Positions 48,997-62,415 of a stretch of DNA of 64,000 nucleotides are shown piece by piece. The notes under the pieces were generated by a model. The model saw only the letters and a program-made list of their open reading frames with translations. It ran no database searches and was not told the DNA's origin. Each line of letters opens with the position of its first letter. Positions within the stretch are counted from its first letter, which is position 1. Location: positions 31,667,959 to 31,731,958 of the forward strand of contig JARDVH010000140.1 of NCBI GenBank assembly GCA_030324005.1, in the 5' to 3' direction. Both the position numbers and the translations under genes were made by a program. This stretch comes from Negaprion brevirostris (taxonomy: Eukaryota).

Positions 48997-49803
48997 TCAC
49001 TTGAGTTGATGGTGGACCTTGGAAATAATTTGAAACTGAGAGGAATTGTTGACACCAAACGGGGATCATGTTCACCAATGCAGAATCCTTCCTGCTGCAA
49101 AACTTAAAAGAAACTTCCACTGTCCCTTTGCCTTCTGAGATATTTTCCTCAAATCACCAGTGTTTGCAATGTTGCAGTTGAAAGAAAGTTTGGCCAGAAA
49201 CTTTAATCTGCAATGAACACTAACCCTATAAACCATCAGAAGAGAATGCCTTTATACAAATGATAATAGATAAGTCCATAAATGTTCAGCCTGCTGGAAA
49301 TATCTAGCTTCAGCTCACCTCATCTATAACTGTCAGAAGACATGTGGCTAATATTGTTCATGCATTGATCCTCCAGTGACTGCTTAACAGCAGAAAGCTG
49401 TTCTCTTCAAGTAACGACATGGCAATATTATTTAAATTGTGCAGAGTTATAAATCTCTGCATCTCATGAATTTCAGAGTCAGACAGGTAGTGGCTCTGTG
49501 GCCAGAGATATGTCAGGATCTCACTGACCCGTTATGCTGAATAGAAACCTGAACGACCATGGAATTGTGTTGTAACTAACTGGTGACCACCAGTTTGTTA
49601 CTAGATTTTGTCTCACTGGTTAGTGTCTTTCTGGGGTTGTACACTGGTGAGTCCTGTTGACTTGTATCAGCAGTCAGTTTGTATCTAGGGTTGTCACCAT
49701 TTGCCAAGTCCAAAATGGCACAGGTGCAAGGCAGGGATTTACGATCAGGGCTGGTGTTCTAATATTTGCATTGTTGCTGATGAAAATTTATTTAAAAGTA
49801 TAA

Positions 49804-49809
49804 AATAAA
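49804..49809 (+). terminator. Candidate proximal poly(A) signal AATAAA
   Basis: Canonical hexamer in an AT-rich part of the 3' UTR. Confidence 0.35.
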
Positions 49810-50471
49810 TGTCTCAATGTCATGAGATATAAAAGCAAGTGGAAACATGTTGTTCCGTGTCAGACGTCAGACTTCTGGTGTCCTGTTTGCATGTTGGAAA
49901 CTTCCAAACAACCTGTCCAAAATCTAGCCAACTACGTGCAAAACTAGAAGGTGACAACTTCGCCTGAAATCACTAGTGTGGAAAGTGTCCATGTGCTTTG
50001 AGATCCGATCCATTGCATTGCTAAAGGCGAGTAATGGTAAGGTTTGTCCTCTGCCTTATTCAAGAAAGACAGCTTAATGGATTTCTAAACATGAAAACAG
50101 ATTTTCAGATGCCAAGCCACAATACCCTGCCAGTTTTCAGCTGACACCCTGAGTTTGTGCACATACATACTCTGTGTTCCAGGCTCCTGAGCAGCTGTCA
50201 ATCTTAAAACATAACTTATTTTCATACCTTAAAAAAAATTGCCATCATGTTTAAATTCTAGCACGCCACTTTGTAATATATGGTCAAGATTTTGTACAGA
50301 AGAGTTTATATGATTGTTTGTGACATTTATAAATATTTTCACCTCTTGTTTTGCATGCATCATTGGGATTGAATCCGGCTGTGCTCTGCATGGAGTGCAA
50401 TTGTGAACAGGGCCCAAGCCCTTACTGTCAAATGCTTTTCCTTTGTTTCTACATAGAAATGTTTTTACTGA

Positions 50472-50477
50472 AATAAA
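50472..50477 (+). terminator. Candidate distal poly(A) signal AATAAA
   Basis: Canonical hexamer after TGTA/U-rich 3' UTR sequence, just before repeat-dense DNA resumes. Confidence 0.55.
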
Positions 50478-50759
50478 GTCTATTTTCACAGAAAGTGCCC
50501 ATGTCTTTCAGTAATTATTTTGAATTGTTGAGGATCAGCTGGGGTGGGAATGCAGGAATAGTGGGAGCACAGGCCATGAGGAGGAAGGTGGGGGGCGGGT
50601 ACTGGGAGGGGAGGCACGCCATGAGGAGGAAGAACGTAGACAATAAGGGTGAAATGTCTGACACAATAGGGCATGACCTCCAGGAATATAGGGACAATGT
50701 GAGCAAGTCCTTGGGGAGAAACTTGATAGTTTTGGGGGAGACGGCAACAAGTACAATAT

Positions 50760-51950
50760 CAGTGAGAGTAAGGACAAATCCAACCCAACCAATTACCACC
50801 GATCAGTGTACTCTCGATCATCAGCAAAGTGATGGAAAGTGTCACCGACAGTGCTATCAAGGAGTATTACTGAGCAATAACCTGCTCACTGATGGTTAGA
50901 TTGAGCCCAGCTCGGGCCACTCAGCTCCTGAGCTCATGACAACCTTAACCAAAACATGGGTGCTAAACTCACAAGGCGGGATAAGAGTGACTTCCCTTGA
51001 CATCAAGGCAGCATTTGACTAAGTGCAGTATCAAGAAGCCATTGCAAAACTGGAGTCAACGGGAATCGTGGGGAAAGCACTCCACTGGTCAGAGTCATAC
51101 ACAGTACAATGAAAGATGCTTGTGATTGGTTGGAACTCAATTATCTCAGTGGTCTCTGCAGAGACCACTGCAGGAGTTCCTCAGGATAGTGTCTGAGACC
51201 CAATCATCTTCACTGATAACATTTCCTCCATTGTAAGGTCAGAATGGAACGTTTGCTGATGATTGCACAATGTTCACTATTCACAACTCCTCAGATACTG
51301 AAGCAGTTTGTACTCATATACAGAAATACCTGGACAATATTCAAGTTTGGGCTGAGAAGTGGCACATAATATTCATGCCATACATATTCCAGGCAATGGC
51401 AATCTCCAACAGGAGAGAATCCAACCACATTCCCTGACAATCAATGGTGTTACCATTACTGAGAACCCGCAATCAACATTCTGGGGTTACCATTCACCAG
51501 AAACTGAACTCTGCAGGCGTATAAATACCATAGCTACAAAAGCAGGTCAGAGGCTGCAGCAAGTAACTCGCATCTTAACTCCCCAAAGCCTGTCCACCAT
51601 CTACAAGGCACATGCTGTAATACTCTCCACTTATCTGGATGAGTATAGGTCCCACAACATTGAAGAAGTTTGACACCATCCAAGACAAAGCAGCCCACTT
51701 TACTGGCACCCCATCCGCCACCTTCAACATCCTCTTCTTCCATACTGATGCATAGTGCCAGCAGTGTGTACCATCTGCAAGATGCACTGCAACAATTCAC
51801 CAAGGCTCCTATATAAACCCTCACCAACTGAAAGAATAAGGGCAGCAGATACATGGGAACACCGCCACCTGCAAGTTCCCCTCCAAGCCATTCACCATCA
51901 GGATTTCAAAATCTATCGCCGTTCCTTTGCTGTCACTAGGTTAAAANNNN
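50760..51950 (+). mobile_element. Second CR1/L2-group LINE, RT fragment
   Basis: NY.PIS.LS, LDIKAAFD, AGVPQDSV and FADDCT motifs, with frameshifts. Confidence 0.85.
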
Positions 51951-52821
51951 NNNNNNNNNNNNNNNNNNNNNNNNNNNNNNNNNNNNNNNNNNNNNNNNNN
52001 NNNNNNNNNNNNNNNNNNNNNNNNNNNNNNNNNNNNNNNNNNNNNNNNNNNNNNNNNNNNNNNNNNNNNNNNNNNNNNNNNNNNNNNNNNNNNNNNNNNN
52101 NNNNNNNNNNNNNNNNNNNNNNNNNNNNNNNNNNNNNNNNNNNNNNNNNNNNNNNNNNNNNNNNNNNNNNNNNNNNNNNNNNNNNNNNNNNNNNNNNNNN
52201 NNNNNNNNNNNNNNNNNNNNNNNNNNNNNNNNNNNNNNNNNNNNNNNNNNNNNNNNNNNNNNNNNNNNNNNNNNNNNNNNNNNNNNNNNNNNNNNNNNNN
52301 NNNNNNNNNNNNNNNNNNNNNNNNNNNNNNNNNNNNNNNNNNNNNNNNNNNNNNNNNNNNNNNNNNNNNNNNNNNNNNNNNNNNNNNNNNNNNNNNNNNN
52401 NNNNNNNNNNNNNNNNNNNNNNNNNNNNNNNNNNNNNNNNNNNNNNNNNNNNNCTTGTGGAAATAGTGGCTGTTCAGAGGAAGATTTGGTGATCCTGGTT
52501 AAAAATCTGTTGACCAGAAGCAAAGTGGGAAACATGAGCTGGGAAAGGCAATAAGGTCCATTTCCAAAGTGAGCTTTCACATGCTGTTCTGCCATTGCTT
52601 TTGTTTGGGATCTTCAATGTGACAATTGCACCCCTTCCCACAGGGGAATAACTTGCTAGGTTATTGCTAATGCCAGCACTTTTCAGGATGGCTGTGGCCA
52701 TTTCTGTCCCTCTTTGGCACTGAGTTCCAGCCAGTTTGCGGAACTGGCTGTAGAAATTTGCAGGCCCCTGTGAGATGAGTTGACATGTCATTACGCTGCC
52801 AGCTGATATGCTCTAATCATT

Positions 52822-52996
52822 ATAGAATCATTGAAACCCTACTGTGCAGAAGGAGGCCATTCAGCCCATCGAGTCTGCACTGACCACAATCCCACCCAGG
52901 CCCTAGCCCCGTAACCTCATACATTTACCTGACTAATCCTCCTGACACTAAGGGTCAATTTAGCATGACCAATCCACCTAACCCACACATCTTTGA
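52822..52996 (-). mobile_element. V-SINE 3' half
   Basis: Reverse tail ggaggccattcagcccatcgagtctgcac. Confidence 0.8.
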
Positions 52997-53653
52997 GCTA
53001 ATGTGAATATTGGATGGCATCAGATGGAGATTGCAAGTTTTATGGATATTGGAGTTAGCAATCCAGTCCAAGTAAAGAGATGACAGTGTCAATGTGATTT
53101 NNNNNNNNNNNNNNNNNNNNNNNNNNNNNNNNNNNNNNNNNNNNNNNNNNNNNNNNNNNNNNNNNNNNNNNNNNNNNNNNCATCACAAATAGCCCTTTCT
53201 ACAGCTGAGATTGAAACTGTTATTATTTTGGGTGGTTGTGAAACGATAAGCCTGTGAAACAGTGAACTTGTCTATGTTTTAACAGTCTTTCCATGCCCCT
53301 AATTACCCCCTTCCCAAAGTTTATTGGGATGACTGGGAGTTTGCACAATGATGAGAGTGTTTAGTAATAATTGTAAATCAAACCTCAAAGTCCTCATTAT
53401 TTGTGCCTGACTGAGGCACATTGACAAGAGTACTATTGTTACTGATGTACCTCAGAATTCCCTCTTTCTGCTTCCTGTCCTGTTGGTAACTCAGTAATTA
53501 CAAACCAGCAAGTCTTTGATTACTTTTTAGAATTTTTGAAAGAAATGGCCGTTATAGAATACTGTCAATCAAAGAGAACGATGCAACATATTCTTTGGAC
53601 ACAATGGAAGGGGTAGGGGGAGGATGCAGGAGACAAAACGAGGCCTCTGCATG

Positions 53654-53980
53654 GGGTGGCACGGTGGCACAGTGGTTAGCACTGCTGCCTCACAGCACCA
53701 GAGACCTGGGTTTGATTCCTGGCGTGGGTCACTGTCTGTGTGGAGTTTGCACATTCTCCCCGTGTCTGTGTGGATTTTCTCCAAGTGCTCCGGTTCCTCC
53801 CACACTCCAAAGATGTGCAGGTTAGGTGGATTGGTCATGCTAAATTGTCCCTAGTGTCAGGTGGATTAGCAGGGTAAAGTTGCAGGGTTACAGAAATAGA
53901 GCCCAGGAGGAATTGTGGTTGGTGCAGACTCGATGGGTTGAATGGCCTCATTCTGCACAGTAGGGATTCTATGATTCTAC
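53654..53980 (+). mobile_element. V-SINE (HE1-like), full length
   Basis: A box tggcacagtgg, B box ggtttgattcc, V domain, and gattctat tail repeats. Confidence 0.9.
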
Positions 53981-54044
53981 AATAAGTGTTCATTGAATGG
54001 ATGCACTCCTGCTCAGCTTTTCTCACTATCATCTCAGACCACAG

Positions 54045-54163
54045 ATGGAATTTCCTGCCCTGCCCACCACAGCAATTGTGACGGGTGGGACACGGACCAA
54101 GATCCATTGACCTCGGGCGGGATTTTCCGGCTTTGAGCCAAGCATGGCCAGAAAATCTCACCC
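54045..54163. mobile_element. Short MITE-family copy
   Basis: Interior gatccattgacctcgggcgggattttcc is shared with 42885-43004 and 10579-10683. Confidence 0.6.
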
Positions 54164-54509
54164 TGTCTGTAAACTAGGGTGAAAATTGAGATTTTGCAGT
54201 ATTCCATTTTGGAGCAAAAATTTTCAAGGACAATTAGGGATAGGTAATAAAAACTCAGATCTGAAGAATGAATGATGAATTGCAATGAGAAGGGGCCATC
54301 TATACCAAGTATCATCTCAAATCTTCCCATATAAATTGAGATCAGTTTTATTTTTGTTCTCTGTGTTCCACTTTGTGTTCTTTTAATGTAACCAAAATTT
54401 GATACAATTCTTCAGGTCAGGTCAGAAAAAGATTGTTAACTCTCAATGAGTATAGTGCAAGGGGTTTGATCGTGTCGCATTTGACTTTTTGATTCAGATT
54501 ACTTTTTAA

Positions 54510-55345
54510 GTTGAGAGAGGTGGACACTCAACGAGATCTTGGAGTCCTCGTACAACAGTTGCTGAAATTAAGCGTACAGGTACAACAGGCATTAAAGAAG
54601 GCAAATGGTATGTTGGCCTTCATAGCGAGAGGATTGGAGTATAGAGATAGTGATGTTTTGCTGCAGTTGTATAGGCCATTGGTGAGGCTACACTTGGAGT
54701 TTTGTGTGCAGTTTTGATGTCCTTATCTGTCCTTGACATAGAGAGAGTACCAGTGAAGGTTTACCACGCTGATTCCTGGGATGGCAGGTCTGTCATTTGA
54801 AGAGAGACTAAGTCAGTTCAGGTTATCTTCACTGGAGTTTGGAAGAGTGAGAGGGATCTTATAGAAATTTATAAAATTCTAACAGGATTAGACAGGGGAG
54901 ATTCGAAATGAATGTTCCNNNNNNNNNNNNNNNNNNNNNNNNNNNNNNNNNNNNNNNNNNNNNNNNNNNNNNNNNNNNNNNNNNNNNNNNNNNNNNNNNN
55001 NNNNNNNNNNNNNNNNNNGGGAGATTCGAAATGAATGTTCCCGATGTTGGAGGAGTCCAGAACTGGGAGTCATAGTTTGAGGATAGGGGGTAAACCTTTT
55101 AGAATTGAGGTGAGGAGAAATTTCTTCATCCAGAGGGTGAGTGAATGTGTGGAATTCACTACCACAAAAAGTAGTTGAGGCCAAAATGTTGCCAGATTTC
55201 AAAAATCATATAGCTCTTGGGGCTAAAAGGTCCAAGGGATATGGGGAGAAGGGGGGAACCAGGACAATGAATTCGCTGATCAACCATGATCAAAATTAAT
55301 TGTGGAGCAGGCTCGAAGGCCTACTCCTGCTTCTAGTTTCTGTGA
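54510..55345 (+). mobile_element. CR1 LINE 3' fragment
   Basis: QRDLGVLV..KKANGMLAFIARGLEY..LYRPLVRLHLEFCVQF, plus tail. Confidence 0.9.
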
Positions 55346-56729
55346 TGTCTGATAACATGTCACTTTCCCACAGTTTGATAATGTTTTGCATTTACCTCAT
55401 AAAGGTTGGGTTCCCTGTAGTCTTTGCTTTGTGGTCTTGTGCCCATAACTGTGGTGCGAGAAGTTTTAAACAATCTATTTTTGGGTTGGGTGTATCATCA
55501 GTACAGCTGGCATTTATTTCACATCACTTGCCTTTTTGAAGGTGGTGGTATGCTAGCATTTTGAAACATGGCAGTCTGTATGATAAAAGATACTCCCATA
55601 GTGTTGTTAGCTAGGGGATTCCTGGATCCCCTAGCAGCAACAATGATGAAATGGTGACATGTGTACATGAGGAGGACGTGTGACTTGGAGGGGAACCTGA
55701 AGATGATGGTGTGACCTTGCAGTGCTGCCCTTCCAGCTCAAGGAAGTAACTTGAGAGCTGAATTTGAGGACCAAAATGTTACCTCCGCATGCAAAATAGG
55801 TTTGCAGGAGCAGACCTCTACTTTTCACCAAGTTGCTCTCAGCACTGACCTGGAGATATAGCTTCCTCCTTCCAGGAGGCCCCCTGATGATATGTGAGAA
55901 TTGGTGACTGTAGGTCAGACCAGGCAATGTAAAGCTTCAGCAGAACCATGACTTTGTTCTGGCTATATCTATTGGCTTTCAATGAGCTTTATTATGGGAA
56001 TTATCTAGACACTGAAACGTTGCACAATTAGTGCTCATTTTATCACCCAGCCTGTAAAATGTTTGCTGTTAATTCCAATTGTTAGCGTAATTGATCTAAA
56101 TCTTTCTGTAAATAATTAATTGCATTTCCTCCCCTGCTGTTATAACTATTTCTGTGTCATCTGCAAATGTGGTTTACAACTAGTTTCAGTGTCCAGATCA
56201 TCCACATAGATTAGGGACCACAGGCTGCAAGCATGCCCAGTCTGATCCTGACACTTGTAGTACCATATTCAGTTCTTCCTTCACTACTCTCCCTCTCCCT
56301 CCTCAAACCTCTCACTCTGATACTGGCCAGTGCTGCAGGATTCAGCTTGGTATTAACAGCACCCTCTGTCCTACCATTGTGGAAATCAAGACAATACCGC
56401 TGTTCTGTCTTGTGACCATCTTGTCATGCTATTGACTCTGGATTCCCAGACTTTGGTGCTTTACCTACGTTCAAATACTTCAATTATCCGCATTCCTGAA
56501 AGTTAGGAGAATTTCTCCAAGACAAAGCGTGCATTGTTAGCTGTTTTGCTGACATGATTTCCTCCTGTCTGACATGAATCAAAGCCAAAACTCAAAAAAG
56601 GTTACATTCAATATGTTTTGCCTCTATTGGGCTGCATTTCAAGTTTATTTTGTCTTTCAGATTGTCTTTCCCAATTGTCTGATTAACATTTACCAGCATT
56701 TATTTTCAGACCATTCAACACTTTATTAT

Positions 56730-57262
56730 TCATAGGACATCACTGGCGAGGCCAGCTTTGATTATCCATCCCTAGTTGCTGTTAAGAAGGTGATGATGAG
56801 CCGCCTTCTTAAACCACTGCAGTCCATGTGGCGTAGGTACACCCATAGCACTGTTAGGGAGGGAGGGAGTCCCAGGATTTTGACTCAGCGACAGCGAAGG
56901 AATGGCAATATACTTCCAAGTCAGAATGGTGAGTGGCTTAGAGGGTGGTGGTGATCCCATGTATCTGCTGCCCTTGTCCTTGATAGAGCTTGTAGTTTTG
57001 GAAGGTGCTGTCAAAAGAGTTTCTGCAGTGCATTTTGTAGATGGTACGTATTGCTGCCATTGTACATTGTTTGTCAAGGAATTGGAGAGAGTTTGAAGGT
57101 GTGGATGGAGTGCTAAACAAGCAGGCTACTTTGTCCTCGATGGTATTGAGCTTGCTGAGTGTTGTTGAAGCTGCACTCACCGAGGCAAATGGGGAGTATT
57201 TCATTTTCAATCATACTTCAGAATGTGGCTTTTAGTTGGTGGACAGGTTTTGGGGAGTTAGG
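56730..57262 (-). mobile_element. Second CR1/L2-group LINE 3' end
   Basis: Reverse GLQWFKKAAHHHLL and 3' tail. A related fragment lies at ~55500-55745 and a tail piece at ~58000-58090. Confidence 0.8.
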
Positions 57263-57269
57263 AAATAAG

Positions 57270-57920
57270 CAGGGCTTAATGCGCCCGAAACGATCGGCGT
57301 TCTNNNNNNNNNNNNNNNNNNNNNNNNNNNNNNNNNNNNNNNNNNNNNNNNNNNNNNNNNNNNNNNNNNNNNNNNNNNNNNNNNNNNNNNNNNNNNNNNN
57401 NNNNNNNNNNNNNNNNNNNNNNNNNNNNNNNNNNNNNNNNNNNNNNNNNNNNNNNNNNNNNNNNNNNNNNNNNNNNNNNNNNNNNNNNNNNNNNNNNNNN
57501 NNNNNNNNNNNNNNNNNNNNNNNNNNNNNNNNNNNNNNNNNNNNNNNNNCCTCCCTCCCCCCCACCGATCTGAGTCAGAGAGCCATTAGAAGCTCACAAC
57601 TGACCTCTTCAGAAGCTGAAGCGCCCGAAACGGACCTTTGCTGAGCATGTCTGTTTTGCACCGTGGCTGAATATATGGACACGATGGTAAAGGGGGAAAT
57701 GCTGATGAAGTTTGGCTTGCAGTTCATAAATTCAATTTGAATGCATGTGAATGGCCGTTGTGCCCATTTTGGGCATGAATCAGATCTCAGCCATTTCTGT
57801 GCCTCAGTAAAGTGAGCATCTGCGTAGATGTGGGTGTGGATCGTGTTAATGGCCTCATGCTCGAACTTACCACGTTTTAATGCCCGAAAACAGGCGCAAT
57901 ATAATGATAAAATTGGCCCT
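57270..57920. mobile_element. GC-rich non-autonomous DNA element (partly masked)
   Basis: CpG-rich repeated motif gcgcccgaaacg. Right end gataaaattggccct resembles the GGGC-TIR family. Confidence 0.45.
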
Positions 57921-58879
57921 AACTGTTTAAATGATACAAATGAAGGACGCTGAAATTTTGTAATTTTAGAGTTCCGTGTCAGCAACAATCTATTTGCACC
58001 ATGAGGACTGCTGCAGCTCATCACCACCTTCTCAGGGGCAATCAGGGATGGGCAATAAATGCTGGTCTAGCCAGCAATGTTACACAACATGGATTATTTG
58101 TTCAGGCACTGAGGCAATGATACTGTCTTCAGCAAGGATACCCTGTCAGTATAACAGCTTCAGGCTCTTCCCAAGGACACCTCAGTGCCTGACTTTTTGA
58201 AGCTTCATTTTGAAGTCTATCTCTTCATTTGCAGTTGATGAACACACAAGTTGTGGCAAAGTCTACTGGGGGAAAGTAAAAACCAAAATGATGTAATGAT
58301 AGATTAAAAGATTGCCCAAACAAATGGGAAAAAAAGAATGAATCAAGCAGGCAATAGACTTTCCTATTTGGGATGCTTAATTTCAGGAAAGGAGTGGGAA
58401 AATCAGCTTCACTTCCCAATCCTGATTCATAATCTGGAAGCCCTGTTGGAAAGGCCTTGTGTGTAGAGAAAAATGCATCTTACCCACATGGCCATTCTTC
58501 ATGGGTGAACCTAATAACTGAATGCCAGCAGAGGCTAGTCAACAGTGGCATCATCATAGCCAAGTCCATTTTTGTTCAATGCACAAACTAGGATATACTA
58601 GGCACTGTGTTAAATTGTCCTGGAATATGTCTTAGCCCACACCAAACTGACAACACCAGACACTCATCTTGATGAAGCATGACTTTTCTCCAAGAAACCC
58701 AATTGATTCAATTCACTTTAGCTTCCTGCTATCTGTTGAGTGTTCACCAGCTTGGGAAAGAAAAATTCTCCATGGGGTTGGTGAAAACAGACAAAAATTA
58801 TGGTTTGATATATAAAGGTTTTACATTAGTGGGTATGGGCGGCAAATAATCTTAACTGGCAGTGCAATTCTTTAATGCA

Positions 58880-58987
58880 TACCTTCAGTGAGGATCCTCA
58901 GTGCACATCCTTATTGGATATCCTCAGTTGCTATCCTCAGTGGTTATCTTCAGTGAATATCCTCAGTCTGTATCTTCAATGGTGATC
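58880..58987 (+). repeat. 13-bp degenerate tandem repeat (atcctcagtgNNt, ~8 copies)
   Basis: Periodicity is visible directly in the sequence. Confidence 0.8.
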
Positions 58988-58999
58988 TTTTTCTGATTG

Positions 59000-60660
59000 A
59001 CAGGATCTGACAAGTGGAATCTTACCTGTGTCTGTGCTGGTGGCTCAAAATTTTATAATTTGCATCAAGGATTTGGATGGGACGATGGTTGCTAAATTCA
59101 CACGCAACACCATGTGAAAAAAGTGTGAAAAGTATAGGAAAGTATGTTGTAAAGACATACAAAGTTTGTAGATGGATATAAATAGATTGAGTGAGTGGGC
59201 AAAACTGGTAGATGGAGTGTAATGTGGCAAAGTTTGAATTTGTCCACTTTGACAGGAAAAATCAAAAAGCAGACTAATACTTAAATGGAGCATGAGTAGA
59301 GCATGCTGAGGTGCAGAGGGATTTAGGTGTTCTCATGCATGAGTCATGAAAAGTAGTTTGCCATTGCAGCATATATTCAAGATGACTAATGGAAAACAAT
59401 CCTTTATTACGAGAGGAATTGAACATAAAAGTAAGAAAGTTTTGCTTCAGTTATAGAGGGCAGTGGTGAATGTAGCTCCTCAGCTGTTTCTTTGTTCTCC
59501 ATTATTAATGCCCGCAGTGCTTCCTTTCAGTAATGTGAGTACTGTGTGCAGTTTTGTTCTCCTTATTTAATAAGAATGTAAATGCATTGGAGGTGGTTTA
59601 GAGGAGGTTTACTAGATTGATATCTGGAATGAGCAAGTTGTTTTATGAGGTAAGGTTGAACAGGCTGGGCTTGTTTCTGCTACAGTTTAGAAGAATGAGG
59701 GATGACTTCTTGTAGTATATAAGATCCTGATTGGTATTAATAAGGTGGATGTTGAAAGGATGTTTCTTCTTGCGGAGCCACCAGCACAGACACAGGTAAG
59801 ATTCCACATCCAGAACAAGGGGACACTGCCTTGAAACTAGGGCTCACCCTTACAGAACAGAGATAAGGAGAATCTTTTTCCCTCAGAGGATTGTGCGACT
59901 TTGGAACTCTCTACCTCAGAAGATGGAAGTGGGATCACTGAACATTACTGAAAGGAAGCACAGCAGGCATTAATAATGGAGAACAAAGAAATAGCTGAGG
60001 AACTACATTCATATTTTGCTTCTGTCTTCACAGAAGAAAACATAAATAATGTTCCAGAAGTTATGAGAAACGAATATTTTAGTGAGAAGCTGAAGGAAAT
60101 CAGTATTAGCACAGAAATTGTTTTGGAGAAATTAATGGGATTGAAGGCAGATAAGTCTCCAAGGCCCAGAGTACTTAAGGAAGTGGCCCTAGAAAGAGTA
60201 AATCCTTTGGTGGTCATTTTCCAAAATTCTTTGGACTCTGGACTGGTTCCTACAGATTGGAGAGTATCTATTGTTATTCAAAAAGGGAGGTAGAGAGAAA
60301 ACAGAGAACTATAGACCAGTGAGCTTGACATTGGTATGGGGGAAGTCGCTAGGGTTCATTGTCAAAGATTTCATTGCACAGCATTTGGAAAGCAGTGGTA
60401 TAATCAGACAAAGTCAGCATGGATTCCAAAATAGAAATCATGCTCAACAAATCTACTGGAATCCTTTGAAGACATTGTCTGATTTCAAGAAGAAATTAGT
60501 TGGAACTCTTGGGCCTAAAATAATCAAGGGATATGGGGGAAGACGAGATCGGGGTATTGAATTTGATGATCAATCATGATCACAATGAATGGTGCAGCAG
60601 GCTGAAAGGGCTGAATGGCCTACGCCTATTCTATTCTATGTTCTGTGTATGATTCTATGT
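59000..60660 (+). mobile_element. CR1 LINE fragments (two juxtaposed copies)
   Basis: RT and 3' motifs run to ~59945. Then YFASVFT..DKSP..PTDWR..NYRPVSLT joins a CR1 tail at ~60480-60660. Confidence 0.88.
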
Positions 60661-60937
60661 ATGCAAGGTTGGTCACTTGAAAACTGGTTCAGGAAGATCG
60701 GCAGCAAGGAAAGAGGAGGTGAGACAAAAATGCAATGGGGGTCAAATAATTTTCAAGCAGCAGTTTAGACCTTTATTATAAGAACATAAGCAATCATTCA
60801 ACCCCAAGCAGCAAACTCACTAAAAATTCAGTGTACGCTGTAATAACATAGAACTGTCAGAAATGGGCAGGACACGGAGACAATTCCACATGAAAAGGCC
60901 AAGGATCAGTGTCTGCTCGATTCAATACAAATTTAGT

Positions 60938-61236
60938 TTAAAGTTTATTTTTTAGTGTCACAAGTAGGCTTATGTTAACACTGTAATGAAGTTATTGTGA
61001 AAATCCCCTAGTCGCCACACTCCAGCGCTTGTTCAAGTATACTGAGGGAGAATTTAGCATGGCCAATGCATCTAATCAGCCTTTCAGACTGTGGGAGGAA
61101 ACCAGAGCATCCAGAGGAAACCCACACAGACACGGGGAGAACGTGCAGACTCCACACAGACAGTGACCAAAATTGAGAACCTGTGTCCCTGGCGCTGTGA
61201 GATAGCAATGCTAACCACTATTCCGCCAAGCCACCC
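60938..61236 (-). mobile_element. V-SINE, tail variant B
   Basis: Same architecture as 1838-2135. Confidence 0.85.
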
Positions 61237-62342
61237 AGGTGATACTTTGATGGATGTGTTGTATAACTAAATATACCAGATAAGATTCTGTTCCTGTTAT
61301 GCTACCTTCATTTTACATCATAAGGGAACTTCACATGAAACAGGTCTTTCAGACCATTTAACCAGAATAGCAATTATAGCATCTGACTTTCTTGAAGGAA
61401 CCCATTGTTCCAGCCTCACTCATCCATTCGTGAACCTGTTCCAATTGCTGATCTCTTTCTGTTAAAGAAATATCTCCAGATATTCTGTTTGAATATGTCC
61501 TTAGCTTGAACCTGATGCCCTCTAGTCTTCATTTCCTTCTCAGACAGTCTCTCAGATGGAGGATGACTTGCTTCCATTCTGCTTTGATGTGTTCTGAGAT
61601 GGCTGCTAAATCCAATGTTCAATTTGTAGNNNNNNNNNNNNNNNNNNNNNNNNNNNNNNNNNNNNNNNNNNNNNNNNNNNNNNNNNNNNNNNNNNNNNNN
61701 NNNNNNNNNNNNNNNNNNNNNNNNNNNNNNNNNNATTCAGTGCCTTCTTGAATTAACTTTCTCCATTTTGCTCAGTCACAAGCCAGGGGCTCCCATGAGT
61801 CAGTGAGGACAATTGATCTCTTTCTGAAGCTATTGTTCTGCTCAGAACTCAGTCAGGAGATTCTCTGGAGGGAGGTGAAAGCACTTTCAGGATGTTCTCC
61901 AGGCCTCTAGCCCTGTTGTAATGGCATATCTGATAATTATTTCATGTTAACTGCCAGAAGAATAATAACCCTTAAGCAATTGACCATCAACACTAATCTG
62001 TACACAAAGAATTCTGCTTCTGAGTTTAAAGTTGCAGGTTTGGCTCGTGTTACAGCTTACCTGTACTGATGGTTTTGCAGTTGAAGATTTGGCTGTCCAG
62101 CTGAGTTTCTTGTTAACTGTATCTTCACACACTTTTTTTCTCTTCAAGGGATGGAGCGAATCCTGGGCTGATTGTCAGCCCATTGACCCAGATTGTGAAT
62201 GCTCCTATCGTGGCCACCAAGGCCTGGCGTTAGCCTTAAAGCNNNNNNNNNNNNNNNNNNNNNNNNNNNNNNNNNNNNNNNNNNNNNNNNNNNNNNNNNN
62301 NNNNNNNNNNNNNNNNNNNNNNNNNNNNNNNNNNNNNNNNNN

Positions 62343-62415
62343 ACCAAGGCCTGGCGTTGGACTTGAACCCGGAGCTTCTGGTCCAGAGGTACGGATGCTA
62401 TCAGTGCGCTACAAG
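62343..62415 (-). mobile_element. tRNA-derived SINE head
   Basis: Minus strand reads tgtagcgcactgatagc..ccgggttcaagtcc, with A-box and B-box-like motifs. Confidence 0.55.

Noticed and set aside
53654-53730. tRNA-like sequence with A and B boxes
   Set aside because: It is the head of a V-SINE, continuous with the V domain and tail, not a tRNA gene.
56003-56198. 15/16-bp inverted repeat (atctagacactgaaac / gtttcagtgtccagat)
   Set aside because: It is short and lies in old CR1-like sequence, with no TSD or other copies seen. Too weak to call.
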